Positions 40,589-50,541 are shown, numbered from the stretch's first letter. The stretch is 64,000 nucleotides of DNA from Clostridia bacterium (GCA_045594425.1 JAZNYK010000007.1:72786-136785), one strand, 5' to 3'. Translations and numbers: made by a program. Notes: generated from the letters alone by a model not told the origin.

Positions 40589-43126
40589 TTAATGTCCATC
40601 ACTCCATCTATAACTAGCCACACAATCAACTTCAAGAGGAACATCAAGTTTACAAGCATTTTCCATCTCACGCTTCAAAAGTTTGCAAACATCATCTTTT
40701 TCTTCTAGCGGACAATCTATTATAAGTTCATCATGAACCTGCATAATAAGTTTTGCTTTAAACCCACCTTTTTCAAGTGCTTCAAAAGTGTTAACCATTG
40801 CAATTTTAATAATATCAGCAGCAGTCCCTTGAAGTGGCATATTTTGACTCGCTCTTTCTGCCCTGCTTCTAACCATGAAATTAGACGCATTAATATCAAA
40901 CATCTTTCTAGTTCTTCCAAAAAGCGTTGTTGCTTTTCCTGTTTCCTTTGCTTTTAAAATAGCATTATTCATGAACTCGCCAACTGCAGGATGGTTATCA
41001 TAATAATTTTTAATATACACTCTAGCATCTCTTGGAGATATTTTTAGGTCCTCTGCAAGACCATATTCACTAATTCCATAAATAACACCAAAGTTAACAA
41101 CTTTTGCCATACGGCGCATATCTTTTGTCACAAGTTCTTCAGGAACACCAAACACAGAACTTGCTGTTTTTGTATGAATATCAACATTATTATTAAAAGC
41201 CTCAACAAACATAGGGTCTTTGCTAAAGTGTGCAAGAAGTCGAAGTTCTATTTGCGAATAATCTGCATCAATCAAAACATGATTTTTGCTAGACGCAACA
41301 AACATACTTCTAATTTCTTTACTTTCTTCTGACCTTATTGGAATGTTTTGCAAATTTGGTTCAGTTGAAGACAATCTTCCAGTTGTTGTAAATGTCTGTT
41401 TAAAATATGTATGAACAAAACCATTTTTATCAATGTGTGGATAAATCCCATCAATATAAGTGCTCAAAAATTTTGCCACTTTTCTATAACGCAAAACAAA
41501 CCCAACAATCTCATGGTCATTTTGAATTTCTTGCAAGTGGTCTGCACTTGTAGATTGTTTTTTGTTATGTGAAAGTCCAAGTTTTCCATACAAAATATTT
41601 GCAAGTTGTTTTGGCGAATTAATATTAAACTCTTCACCAGCAAGTTGATAAATTTGTTTTTCTAATGTTTTAAGTTCAAGTCCATACTTTTCTTTTAGGG
41701 CTGTTAAAATTTCATAATCAATCTTAAATCCGCATTTTTCCATGCAAAATAACACTTTTGATAACTTATTTTCAACATTTTTAAATAAAAATTGCAGTTT
41801 TTCATTTTCAATTTTTTCAGCATACTCTTGTTTAAACTTAAACAATTTAGTTGCAACATATCTCACATCATCATCAAAGAAAACATCTTTTACTGCATCA
41901 ACTGGAACTCCATCCACCAAATATTTTGCAACCGCAGAGTCAAAGTATCCATTAAGTTCAATTCCATATTGTTTTAAATAATACATATCTTGTTTTGAAT
42001 CAAAACAAATTTTTTCAATAGATTCATTTTCAAAAACATCTTTTAATAATCCAAAAAATTCATTATCATTAACACCCATTCCAAGCAAATCATTTGAAAC
42101 ATTAAAAACAATTTCCTCTTCACCAAATGAAAAATGAATTTCTTTTTGATTAAAATAAACAGCAAATAAATTTTCTTGTTCAATACGTTTTATAACTCTT
42201 TGCAAATCTTCTATTGTTGAATAGTTAACAACTTCATAAACATCTTCACTCTTTTCACCTTTTGATAAATCAAAGTAAGAATCATTTTTTAATAACGTCT
42301 TAAATTCATAATATTTAAAAAAGTCTTTAACTGGAGCACTGAACGGATAATCAAATTCACAATCTTTAAGCGTTACATCAATTTCACCTTTTGTTACAAT
42401 TGTTGCAAGTTTCTGTGAAAGGTATGCCATGTCTTTTCCTTCAACAAGTTTTTCTTTTAGTTTTCCAGAAATTTCATCAATATGTTCATACACACCATCA
42501 ATTGAACCATATTTTAAAATTAAATCAGTTGCAGTTTTAGGTCCAACACCAGCAACACCAGGGATATTATCAGCAGTGTCACCTTGAAGCCCTTTCAAAT
42601 CAATAAATTGTTTTGGTGTAACACCATACTCCGCCTTAAGTTCCTTAACACCCATAATCTTAACATCACTGGTTCCTTTTTTTGTAAAATAAACCGATGT
42701 CATATCATCAACCAATTGAAAAGAATCTCTATCTCCAGTAACAATAATTGTTTCAGTATCTAAAAACTTTTTGGAAATTATACCAATAATATCATCACCC
42801 TCAAGACCTTCTTGTTCAGCAATTTTTATCCCCATCAACTTAAGCATTTTTTTCAATGGTTCAATTTGACTTCTAAGTTCATCCGGCATTGGTTTTCTTG
42901 TTGCCTTATATCCATCAAACAAATCATTTCTAAATGTATGTTTAGACACATCAAAAGCAACAACCATATACTTTGGCTTGATATTATTTATAATATTCAA
43001 AATCTGTATAGCAAAACCATAAACAGCATTTGAATATTCACCATTAGAATTCGAAAGTAATGGAAGAGCATAAAACGAACGATAAAAAATACTATTTCCA
43101 TCAATGATAACCAGTTTATTTGCCAT
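40589..43126 (-). CDS. polA: DNA polymerase I
   Basis: 5' nuclease N-terminus (LVIIDGNS..., GDRD), family-A polymerase motifs (DYSQIELR, RRMAKVVNFGVIYG, QVHDEL). ATG 43126 follows an AAGGTGA SD. Confidence 0.95.
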   Translation of the reverse strand: MANKLVIIDGNSIFYRSFYALPLLSNSNGEYSNAVYGFAIQILNIINNIKPKYMVVAFDVSKHTFRNDLFDGYKATRKPMPDELRSQIEPLKKMLKLMGIKIAEQEGLEGDDIIGIISKKFLDTETIIVTGDRDSFQLVDDMTSVYFTKKGTSDVKIMGVKELKAEYGVTPKQFIDLKGLQGDTADNIPGVAGVGPKTATDLILKYGSIDGVYEHIDEISGKLKEKLVEGKDMAYLSQKLATIVTKGEIDVTLKDCEFDYPFSAPVKDFFKYYEFKTLLKNDSYFDLSKGEKSEDVYEVVNYSTIEDLQRVIKRIEQENLFAVYFNQKEIHFSFGEEEIVFNVSNDLLGMGVNDNEFFGLLKDVFENESIEKICFDSKQDMYYLKQYGIELNGYFDSAVAKYLVDGVPVDAVKDVFFDDDVRYVATKLFKFKQEYAEKIENEKLQFLFKNVENKLSKVLFCMEKCGFKIDYEILTALKEKYGLELKTLEKQIYQLAGEEFNINSPKQLANILYGKLGLSHNKKQSTSADHLQEIQNDHEIVGFVLRYRKVAKFLSTYIDGIYPHIDKNGFVHTYFKQTFTTTGRLSSTEPNLQNIPIRSEESKEIRSMFVASSKNHVLIDADYSQIELRLLAHFSKDPMFVEAFNNNVDIHTKTASSVFGVPEELVTKDMRRMAKVVNFGVIYGISEYGLAEDLKISPRDARVYIKNYYDNHPAVGEFMNNAILKAKETGKATTLFGRTRKMFDINASNFMVRSRAERASQNMPLQGTAADIIKIAMVNTFEALEKGGFKAKLIMQVHDELIIDCPLEEKDDVCKLLKREMENACKLDVPLEVDCVASYRWSDGH

Positions 43127-43220
43127 AAAAATCACCTTTTCCTTATTAATATAAGTATACCAATTTTTTAATAAAAACAAAATAAAAAAGAGAAACAAAA
43201 TTTCTCTTTTTTATTTTAAA

Positions 43221-43778
43221 TTATTCAGCAGTTGCAGTTGCAAGTGTGGCATTAATTTTTAAAGAAATTACACTTTCAGTATCATCAGTATAAACAGTTG
43301 TCAAAGTATACTCTTTGGTGTTAGCAGATAAAATTAAATACGTAAACGCATCTTCTCCCGATTCATTATCCAAAAGGTCAGTTAATGTTCCAGCATAATT
43401 TTCTTTGCTATCATCATCGCTAAATACTTTTGTTATATTTCCTTTTATTTCAAAACTAGAAAGTGTCCTCTCCTTATCAAACATAAACTTTACAACTGCA
43501 ACATGGGTCACATCTTCAACACCATAAGCACTCTTTTGTGAATCAGACATCGCGTCAATCGTTCCAGAAATTGTAACAGTTCCACAATCTTGTTTTAGTT
43601 CAACCTCATCAGAATTTTCAAATTCAACCTCACCAAGCATTGTTTTTCCAAGTTCAACTTTTTCAGCAACTGAACATTCTTTTCCGCCTTCACCGCCACT
43701 TTTTCCACAAGCAACAAGTGAAAATGTTATTAAAAATGCAAATGCAAGCACAAATGAAAATTTTAGTATTTTTCTCAT
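43221..43778 (-). CDS. Lipoprotein of unknown function (paralog of 43843-44328)
   Basis: Lipobox LVAC. Shares ISG(T/S), DVTHV(A/V)(V/A)VK and (F/Y)TY(L/I)IL blocks with the neighbouring gene. Confidence 0.6.
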   Translation of the reverse strand: MRKILKFSFVLAFAFLITFSLVACGKSGGEGGKECSVAEKVELGKTMLGEVEFENSDEVELKQDCGTVTISGTIDAMSDSQKSAYGVEDVTHVAVVKFMFDKERTLSSFEIKGNITKVFSDDDSKENYAGTLTDLLDNESGEDAFTYLILSANTKEYTLTTVYTDDTESVISLKINATLATATAE

Positions 43779-43842
43779 AAAATCACCTTCCTTAATTGTA
43801 ATATGTGTGGTTTTTAATTAATTTATACATTTTTTGCGTTTT

Positions 43843-44328
43843 TTATTTTAACAACAAATCTTCATTAAATTTAACCTTATAAATTTTTTCTTCATCTTTT
43901 TCATTCCATTTCACACTTATAACAACTTCATCTGACGGAATAGCCTCTAATATAATATATGTATAATTATCCCCGTTCAAATGTTCTGCATCATAAGCCC
44001 TTGTTCCATTCACATTAATCTCAACTTCATCTTCAACAACCTCACTTTCAATAGCAGTCAATTTCACAGCAACAACATGTGTTACATCATCAGCAATTTC
44101 AAATTCATTTTTAACAGTTTTATTATTCAGTGCATACACACTACCAGAAATCAAATAATCATCACCATCTTTTGTTAACACCACACCTTCATTCGCAAAT
44201 GTGTAACTATCATGAATTTTATCACCTGCACCCATCAATTCAACTGCATTCGTTTTTTCATTTTTTGCACACGCAACACACACTCCACTTATCAAAATCA
44301 TAACTAAAAACAAAATTGACTTTTTCAT
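43843..44328 (-). CDS. Lipoprotein of unknown function (paralog of 43221-43778)
   Basis: ATG 44328 follows an AAGGAG SD. Signal peptide with lipobox CVAC. Confidence 0.6.
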   Translation of the reverse strand: MKKSILFLVMILISGVCVACAKNEKTNAVELMGAGDKIHDSYTFANEGVVLTKDGDDYLISGSVYALNNKTVKNEFEIADDVTHVVAVKLTAIESEVVEDEVEINVNGTRAYDAEHLNGDNYTYIILEAIPSDEVVISVKWNEKDEEKIYKVKFNEDLLLK

Positions 44329-44415
44329 AAAAACTCCTTTTGTTATATTTTGTTCAACAAATTGATTTTTTATGTAAGCACAAAAAAACACGCTATATAG
44401 CGTGTTTTAATATTT

Positions 44416-44949
44416 TTAATATTCACCAAATTCTTTATCAAAAGCCTCAATACATTCTTCAACAGTTGCAATCGCTTCACGTCTGCCACTAATGCTTTCA
44501 ATTCTAACTGGCTTTTGTTCAAGTTGTTTGTATACTGTTAAGAAATGAATAAGTTCATCAAAAATATGTTTTGGCAACTCAGATATATCTGTATAGTTAT
44601 TGTTTTGAGGGTCACCAAATGGAATTGCAATAATTTTTTGGTCCATTTCATTTCCATCAATCATTTTGATAACACCAATAGGATAACATCTAACCAAACT
44701 CATTTTTTCTATTGGTTGGCTACACATAACGAACACATCCAATGGGTCATTATCTTCACTCAATGTTCTTGGAATAAATCCATAGTTCATTGGATAATAT
44801 GTTGCTGTAAACAAACATCTATCAAGAATAATCAAAGATGTTTCTTTATCAAGTTCATATTTATTTTTGCCACCTTGTTCAATTTCAATAAAACAAACAA
44901 AGTCATCACTTTTTATTCTTTCTTTATTAAACTCTTTCCAAATGTCCAT
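44416..44949 (-). CDS. ppa: Inorganic pyrophosphatase, family I
   Basis: YPMNYGFIPRTLSEDNDPLDVFV matches the family I PPase active-site region. Confidence 0.9.
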   Translation of the reverse strand: MDIWKEFNKERIKSDDFVCFIEIEQGGKNKYELDKETSLIILDRCLFTATYYPMNYGFIPRTLSEDNDPLDVFVMCSQPIEKMSLVRCYPIGVIKMIDGNEMDQKIIAIPFGDPQNNNYTDISELPKHIFDELIHFLTVYKQLEQKPVRIESISGRREAIATVEECIEAFDKEFGEY

Positions 44950-45018
44950 AATATCTCCTAAAACAGTTCATTCTAGACATCAAATATACCACTGCCACCA
45001 CAAAATTGTCAACTTATA

Positions 45019-46005
45019 TTATCTTTTCTTTCTACCTTTTCGTTTTAAGAGTGCATCCACAACAACAATATTTTTCGGACTTAAGTCAATATCATTCTTA
45101 ACTCGTTCAGCAAACTCTTCATTAAAATCATCTTGATGAATTTCATCTTGTGGTGTCATCAATTTCGAAAGTTCTGCACGCTTTCTATCTTCTAACCATT
45201 CACGCATAAATGCCTTATCATTTCTAAGTTGTTCCACAGGAACATCATGTTTTTCATCATCAACCAAAACTTTAACATCACCATTACTTAAGGTTTTTAA
45301 TGCCCTTTCATAAAGCCTTTCCTCAAAGTCACTAGTCAAACTTAAATGTCTGCCTGAATTAAAGTTTAAGTATTTTTCAGAAATATGTGCTTGAAGCATA
45401 TCATCAAATGAATCATCTTGAATCATTTTTGATAATCTTCTGCTATGGTCAAAATGTCTAGCACTAGTATCTTGACAAATTTCACAAGGTTCATTATTTT
45501 CTTCTGCATAAAATTCATCTTGAACCATAGCCTCCATGGCTTGAACTTCATCTTCAACAATATCTGACCATCCAACAAATTTAGAAACTTTGTTAGATGA
45601 CTTCACAAATTGTGCTCTTTTTTCCAAATTGTCAAGTCTAGATTCTTCTTCCAAAACGTGTGCAGGCTTTTCAGAACCACCTTCAATTATTGATGTTGTT
45701 CTTTTGTAAACCTGTGTAACTTCAGGCTTTTGCGAACTCTTGTGAACTTTCTTTTTTTTCTTTATTTCAGTTGTTTGCCCATCAACAGAATCTGTTTCTT
45801 TCACTTCATCTGGCACAACAACTTTAGATTCATCTTTTGTATTTTCTTCAACTTTATCAGTTGAAACTTTCTCATGTTTTTCTTTTTTGTCTGTTGTTTT
45901 TTTCTTTTTTTTGCCTGGCTTAACAAAAATAAACATCAAAACAAAAACAATCACAACCCCCACAATGAGCACCAAAAATGGTCTTTCATTTAAATATTCA
46001 AACAT
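45019..46005 (-). CDS. Membrane-anchored, highly charged protein of unknown function
   Basis: One N-terminal TM helix, a K/E/T-rich linker and an acidic C-terminal domain. Lies immediately downstream of floA. Confidence 0.5.
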   Translation of the reverse strand: MFEYLNERPFLVLIVGVVIVFVLMFIFVKPGKKKKKTTDKKEKHEKVSTDKVEENTKDESKVVVPDEVKETDSVDGQTTEIKKKKKVHKSSQKPEVTQVYKRTTSIIEGGSEKPAHVLEEESRLDNLEKRAQFVKSSNKVSKFVGWSDIVEDEVQAMEAMVQDEFYAEENNEPCEICQDTSARHFDHSRRLSKMIQDDSFDDMLQAHISEKYLNFNSGRHLSLTSDFEERLYERALKTLSNGDVKVLVDDEKHDVPVEQLRNDKAFMREWLEDRKRAELSKLMTPQDEIHQDDFNEEFAERVKNDIDLSPKNIVVVDALLKRKGRKKR

Positions 46006-46013
46006 TCAAACAC

Positions 46014-47201
46014 CTATTTATTTTCATCATCAGTGTTATTATTTGCTCGTTTTTGAGCCGCCGCTAATGATGCAAATCTTGCCGCTAGTGGATTCATTTG
46101 TGGGTTAAATCCACCACCAGGGTTAAATCCTGTATTTTGAATTGGTGGTTTTGGTGCATAAGAAGGAGTTTCTTTTCGTGTTGAAACATTTGACAATTTT
46201 TCAACTTTTTCTTCTTCAGCCTTACTTAATGAATTTCTCATAGCAGTATCCGCTTGAATATTTTGCATTTCATAATAATCATTAACTGAAATCTTTCCAG
46301 CAGAAAGTGCTTTAGCCAATGCTTTTGGAACTTCCGCTTCCGCCCTAATAACTTCAGCACGCATTTCCTGAACCCTTGCCTTCATTTCATTTTCAGCAGC
46401 AATCGCCATACTCTTACGCTCTTCTGCTTTTGCTTGAGCAATTCTTTTTTCCGCCTCCGCTTTAGCAATATTAAGTTCAGCATCAATATTTCTTCCTACA
46501 TCAATATCCGCAATGTCTAATGATGAAATATAATAAGCAGTTCCTCTATCCAGTCCTTTTTCCAAAACAGTTGATGAAATAAGTTCAGGACTCTCCAAAA
46601 TCATTTTATGTGAATCAGTTGAACCAACAGTGGTTACAATACCTTCACCAACACGAGCAATAATTGTATCTTCACCAGCACCTGAAATTTGCATAAGCAT
46701 ATTTGAAACCACGGTAACTTTTGCTTTTACAATAAGTTCAATACCATCTTTTGCAACAGCAGAAATTTCTGGAGTTTCAATAATCTTTGGAACAACAGTA
46801 TTTTTTACAGCCTCATAAACATCACGACCAGCAAGGTCAATAGCCTTTGCTTTTTGTGCCGTCAAATCAATATTCGCTGAATATGCAGCAACAAGCGCCT
46901 TTACAACATTTTCAACATTTCCACCAGCCATAACGTGGGTTTCAAGTTCATCAACTGAAATTTTCAAACCCGCTTTTCTTGCAGTGATATAGTTTAGTGT
47001 GATTAATTGACAATCAACTTTTCGAAGTTTCATACCAATAAGTTTAAACATTGATATATAAGCAGATGACACAAAAGCCCTAAACCATAGTTTAAATGGA
47101 ACCAATGTCAAAACAATAATTATTCCTGCAAGCAAAATAATGCCGGCTATAGCAATGCCAGCAATCCAACCTGCACTTAAATTTATTCCACATAGAAGCA
47201 T
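46014..47201 (-). CDS. floA: Flotillin-like protein FloA (UPF0365/YqfA) with C-terminal extension
   Basis: Colinear with B. subtilis FloA (GMKLRKV, AGGNVENVVKALVAA, IDLAGRD, AQAKAEERKSMA). ATG 47201 follows a GGAGGTG SD. Confidence 0.9.
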   Translation of the reverse strand: MLLCGINLSAGWIAGIAIAGIILLAGIIIVLTLVPFKLWFRAFVSSAYISMFKLIGMKLRKVDCQLITLNYITARKAGLKISVDELETHVMAGGNVENVVKALVAAYSANIDLTAQKAKAIDLAGRDVYEAVKNTVVPKIIETPEISAVAKDGIELIVKAKVTVVSNMLMQISGAGEDTIIARVGEGIVTTVGSTDSHKMILESPELISSTVLEKGLDRGTAYYISSLDIADIDVGRNIDAELNIAKAEAEKRIAQAKAEERKSMAIAAENEMKARVQEMRAEVIRAEAEVPKALAKALSAGKISVNDYYEMQNIQADTAMRNSLSKAEEEKVEKLSNVSTRKETPSYAPKPPIQNTGFNPGGGFNPQMNPLAARFASLAAAQKRANNNTDDENK

Positions 47202-47368
47202 ACGCACACCTCCATAACTTACGAAAATTATACCATATATACAACTAAAAATCAATACTACCTTAAAAAATAATTATAAAAATATAACACTATAACAAAT
47301 TCGCAAATCATTAATTATTAAAATAAAAAACGCAAAAAGTAAAACTTTCTGCGTTATTTTTTGAAAAA

Positions 47369-47974
47369 TTACATCATATCTTTTGATTTCTTTTTAATAT
47401 TACTCTCAATTTTAAACTTGTATAACCATCCATATTCTTTGCGTGCTTCATCATCTGCATTATCATATCTATATGTCACCGCATTAAATGTGTTAACCCA
47501 ATCTTCTTCATGCTTGTATTTGCCAGCATATTTCTTTAAAAATTTGATTGAATATTTTTGAGCGTCACGTTCAATAGATTGATTGTTATACATAACATTG
47601 TCTGTGCTTGAAGAAAAATATCCCATCCAATTTCTCTTCCACCTCTTTGCCGTAAACTCATACCATTTCAAATCTCTATCAACCACATTAAATTGATAAG
47701 CATGTCTTGTTTCATGAGCAATAGTTTCCATGGCATGAAAACGATATCTTGTATCCTCAATAAGTTTTGAACTCAACACAATTTTTTTATTGCCATTAGT
47801 AACCGTAAAAGCACCAAAACAATTCCAATCATCATATCGAAGTTCAAGTTTCAAAGGTTCAATTTTAAGTTTTTTTGCAACCCTCTTTTCAAGTTCAACA
47901 AAACACTTAAACCTTGTGTCATAAGACAATTTTTTCCATTTTTTTAATTTAAATTTTGAAAATAAAAACCACAT
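47369..47974 (-). CDS. Hypothetical protein with HExxH motif (putative zinc metallopeptidase)
   Basis: IAHETRHAYQ in a 201-aa basic protein. GGTGA SD. Family unresolved. Confidence 0.45.
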   Translation of the reverse strand: MWFLFSKFKLKKWKKLSYDTRFKCFVELEKRVAKKLKIEPLKLELRYDDWNCFGAFTVTNGNKKIVLSSKLIEDTRYRFHAMETIAHETRHAYQFNVVDRDLKWYEFTAKRWKRNWMGYFSSSTDNVMYNNQSIERDAQKYSIKFLKKYAGKYKHEEDWVNTFNAVTYRYDNADDEARKEYGWLYKFKIESNIKKKSKDMM

Positions 47975-48030
47975 AATTTGTCACCTAAATTAATATTATC
48001 ATAAACCAAAAATTTTAACAACAAAATAAT

Positions 48031-48059
48031 TTGCTTTAACAAGATTTGATTTGTATAAT
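48031..48059 (+). promoter_or_regulatory. Promoter TTGCTT-17-TATAAT ending 6 nt before the ogg ATG: candidate leaderless start
   Basis: TTGCTT at 48031-48036, TATAAT at 48054-48059, ATG at 48066. No SD. Confidence 0.45.
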
Positions 48060-48065
48060 AAAATC

Positions 48066-48902
48066 ATGATATATGAAATTAAAAATAACATAATTTATGT
48101 CTATGACAAATCACAATTTAATCCAAAACACATTTTAGAATGCGGACAGGTTTTTAGATTTGGCACCGATACAAACGGAAACTATTTTGTAATATCAAAA
48201 GATAAAAAAGCAACAATCATTGACTGTAACACCCATTATGAAATTCATTCAAATGATGCTGAATATTTTGCCAATTACTTTGATTTAAACACAGACTATA
48301 ACGCCATAAAACAAACCTTAAAAAACAATCCGATTCTTTCACCTATGATTGACTATGGCTGCGGCATAAGAATATTAAACGCAGACCCTCTTGAAATGAT
48401 TTTTTCTTTCACCATTTCACAAAACAACAATATTAAAAGAATTCAAAAAATCATTGAAAACCTTTGTGCAATCGGAACTTCCATAAATAATGAATATAAC
48501 GCTTTCCCAACAATAAATCAACTCGAAAAAGAACCCCTTGAGTTCTACCAATCTCTTGGTGCTGGATATCGCGACAAGTTCTTAAAAGAACTTTCAACCA
48601 CATTAAATAATATAGATTTATCTGAAATTCAAAAACTTCCAACTGATGAACTTTATAACTTTTTATTATCTTTAAAAGGCGTAGGTCCAAAAGTTGCAAG
48701 TTGCATTCTTCTATTTGGTTTTGGTCGCAAAAACAAATTTCCTGTAGATACTTGGATTGAACAAGTTTATTACAACCACTTCTCATCAAAACAACTTTCA
48801 AGGTCACAAATACAGGCTTATTTTGAAAATGAATTTAAAGATAATTCAGGCATTGCTCAACAATATTTATTTTATTATGAACGTGAAAAAAACAAGGACT
48901 AA
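48066..48902 (+). CDS. ogg: 8-oxoguanine DNA glycosylase / AP lyase (Ogg, HhH-GPD superfamily)
   Basis: OGG_N-like ILECGQVFRF and the HhH-GPD motif LKGVGPKVASCILLFGFGRKNKFPVDTW. Confidence 0.8.
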   Translation: MIYEIKNNIIYVYDKSQFNPKHILECGQVFRFGTDTNGNYFVISKDKKATIIDCNTHYEIHSNDAEYFANYFDLNTDYNAIKQTLKNNPILSPMIDYGCGIRILNADPLEMIFSFTISQNNNIKRIQKIIENLCAIGTSINNEYNAFPTINQLEKEPLEFYQSLGAGYRDKFLKELSTTLNNIDLSEIQKLPTDELYNFLLSLKGVGPKVASCILLFGFGRKNKFPVDTWIEQVYYNHFSSKQLSRSQIQAYFENEFKDNSGIAQQYLFYYEREKNKD

Positions 48903-48952
48903 TATCCTTGTTTTTTACTTAAAGAAAGCCGCCCAAAACTTGGGTGTTTTTT

Positions 48953-49360
48953 TTAACAAATAATTTCAGGTTCACTGTGAACAGAATGAATTTCTGCAGA
49001 CATATTACTTAAATAGAACACATACAAAATCTTGTCATCTTCTGTATATTTGCTACGAAGTTCTGGATTTGCATCAAGCATAGCCTTTTTAACTTCAGGT
49101 CTATAATCATACTCAACCTTTCCATTAACACGAAGCCATCTGTCTTCACCAATCATAGCACAAACCTCAATGAAAGGATTTGTTTCAATTTGCTTGAACG
49201 CATGAGTTCTGTTGTTTGTGTAAAAATAAACTTTGTCATCAAATTCAACAACTGCGTTATATGGTCTAACATATGGTCTTTTGCCATCGGTTGTTGCAAA
49301 ATAGAAATCTTTTGAACTTTTTAAAATTGTAGCAATTCTTGTTACTGCTGGTTTATTCAT
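48953..49360 (-). CDS. Pyridoxamine 5'-phosphate oxidase-family FMN-binding protein
   Basis: Split-barrel pattern (FYFATTDGKRPYVRP...VYFYTNN...NPFIEVCAM). AAGGAGA SD. Confidence 0.7.
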   Translation of the reverse strand: MNKPAVTRIATILKSSKDFYFATTDGKRPYVRPYNAVVEFDDKVYFYTNNRTHAFKQIETNPFIEVCAMIGEDRWLRVNGKVEYDYRPEVKKAMLDANPELRSKYTEDDKILYVFYLSNMSAEIHSVHSEPEIIC

Positions 49361-49457
49361 AATTTTATCTCCTTATTACTCTATAAGAATAACAAACTTT
49401 AAGAAAAATCACAACTAAATTAAACAAAAAAAGATGACCGAAGCCATCTTTTTAAAA

Positions 49458-49748
49458 TTATTTATTTTCTGCTGGAATAACACATACTCTCTTTTTGTCT
49501 TTGCCAAATTTTTCAAATTTAACAACGCCATCAATTTTTGCATAGAGTGTGTCATCATCACCGATACCAACATTTTCACCTGGGTGAACATTTGTTCCTC
49601 TTTGACGAACAATGATGTTTCCACCTTTAACTGTTTCACCAGAATATTTCTTAACGCCAAGTCTTTGAGCGTTTGAATCACGACCGTTCTTTGTAGAACC
49701 GCCACCTTTGTGGTGCGCAAAAAGTTGGATATTCATAAACATTGTCAT
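49458..49748 (-). CDS. rpmA: 50S ribosomal protein L27 with N-terminal propeptide
   Basis: ...[20 protein letters not shown]...: the mature L27 core preceded by a Firmicute-type extension. The start overlaps the prp stop (ATGA). Confidence 0.9.
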   Translation of the reverse strand: MTMFMNIQLFAHHKGGGSTKNGRDSNAQRLGVKKYSGETVKGGNIIVRQRGTNVHPGENVGIGDDDTLYAKIDGVVKFEKFGKDKKRVCVIPAENK

Positions 49749-50080
49749 ATGCTTTTAACCTCCAATTCAATATAATCAGAAAAACTTTCATACAAATCAG
49801 AAATTCCACAAAGCATAGTATCCAAAATGGCACTTGCTTGAATTTCTTGCGTTGCATCCAAGTTCTCTGGTAAGGTGAATTTTAAATAACCCATTTCATC
49901 ATCTCTCTTCATTTTAAGTTCAATCATAACAATCATGAGAAGTCCCAAAACTGCTGTTTGAACAATGCTTGAAAGCGATGCGCAAACGATATCTTCACCT
50001 TTTTCTCCGTAGTTAGTGTGACCATCACACTCAACTTCGAAAATCTTATCATTTTTTTTACTTATTGTTACTTTTGTCAT
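49745..50080 (-). CDS. prp: Ribosomal-processing cysteine protease Prp
   Basis: [20 protein letters not shown] (His/Cys dyad context), located between rplU and rpmA. Confidence 0.85.
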   Translation of the reverse strand: MTKVTISKKNDKIFEVECDGHTNYGEKGEDIVCASLSSIVQTAVLGLLMIVMIELKMKRDDEMGYLKFTLPENLDATQEIQASAILDTMLCGISDLYESFSDYIELEVKSI

Positions 50081-50098
50081 TTAACTAACTCACAAAAT

Positions 50099-50407
50099 TT
50101 ATTTTTCAATTGAAACAACTTTAAGTTTTGTGAATGGTTGACGATGACCTTGTTTCTTGCGAACATTCTTTTTTGCTTTGTATTTGTAAACAACAACTTT
50201 CTTTTCTTTACCAAATTCCAAAACTTCGCAAACGGCTTTAGCCTTTTTGCCTGTAGAAGTAGCAATTTCAACTTTGTCACCATCAGCAACAAGCAAACAT
50301 GGAAGTTCAACTTTGTCACCAACATTAGCATCAATTTTTTCAGCCTTAAAATAAGTGTTTGGCTCAACTTTGTATTGTTTGCCACCAACTTCAACAATTG
50401 CGTACAT
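50099..50407 (-). CDS. rplU: 50S ribosomal protein L21
   Basis: MYAIVEVGGKQYKV N-terminus. ATG 50407 follows a GGAGAGAGGAGG SD region. Confidence 0.9.
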   Translation of the reverse strand: MYAIVEVGGKQYKVEPNTYFKAEKIDANVGDKVELPCLLVADGDKVEIATSTGKKAKAVCEVLEFGKEKKVVVYKYKAKKNVRKKQGHRQPFTKLKVVSIEK

Positions 50408-50512
50408 AACTTTTCCTCCTCTCTCCAGTCTCACTGCGAAGGTGCACAAAATGTGTTTGTGTCTTCAATTTTTTCACAACAAAAAAATACCTTTTGCAAG
50501 TGGCACGCTAAT

Positions 50513-50541
50513 AATTTAACACTTAAGTCCCAATTTGTCAA
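50513..50541 (-). promoter_or_regulatory. Sigma-A promoter of rplU-prp-rpmA (TTGACA-17-TAAATT) with a ~100-nt leader
   Basis: The minus strand reads TTGACA (50541-50536), a 17-nt spacer, then TAAATT (50518-50513). Confidence 0.55.

Noticed and set aside
50408-50512. The ~100-nt rplU 5' leader as the Firmicute L21-leader autoregulatory RNA.
   Set aside because: The position and promoter fit, but I could not recognise the family's conserved structure by eye and saw only small hairpins such as CACAAA/TTTGTG. It needs an Infernal scan, so no feature was called.
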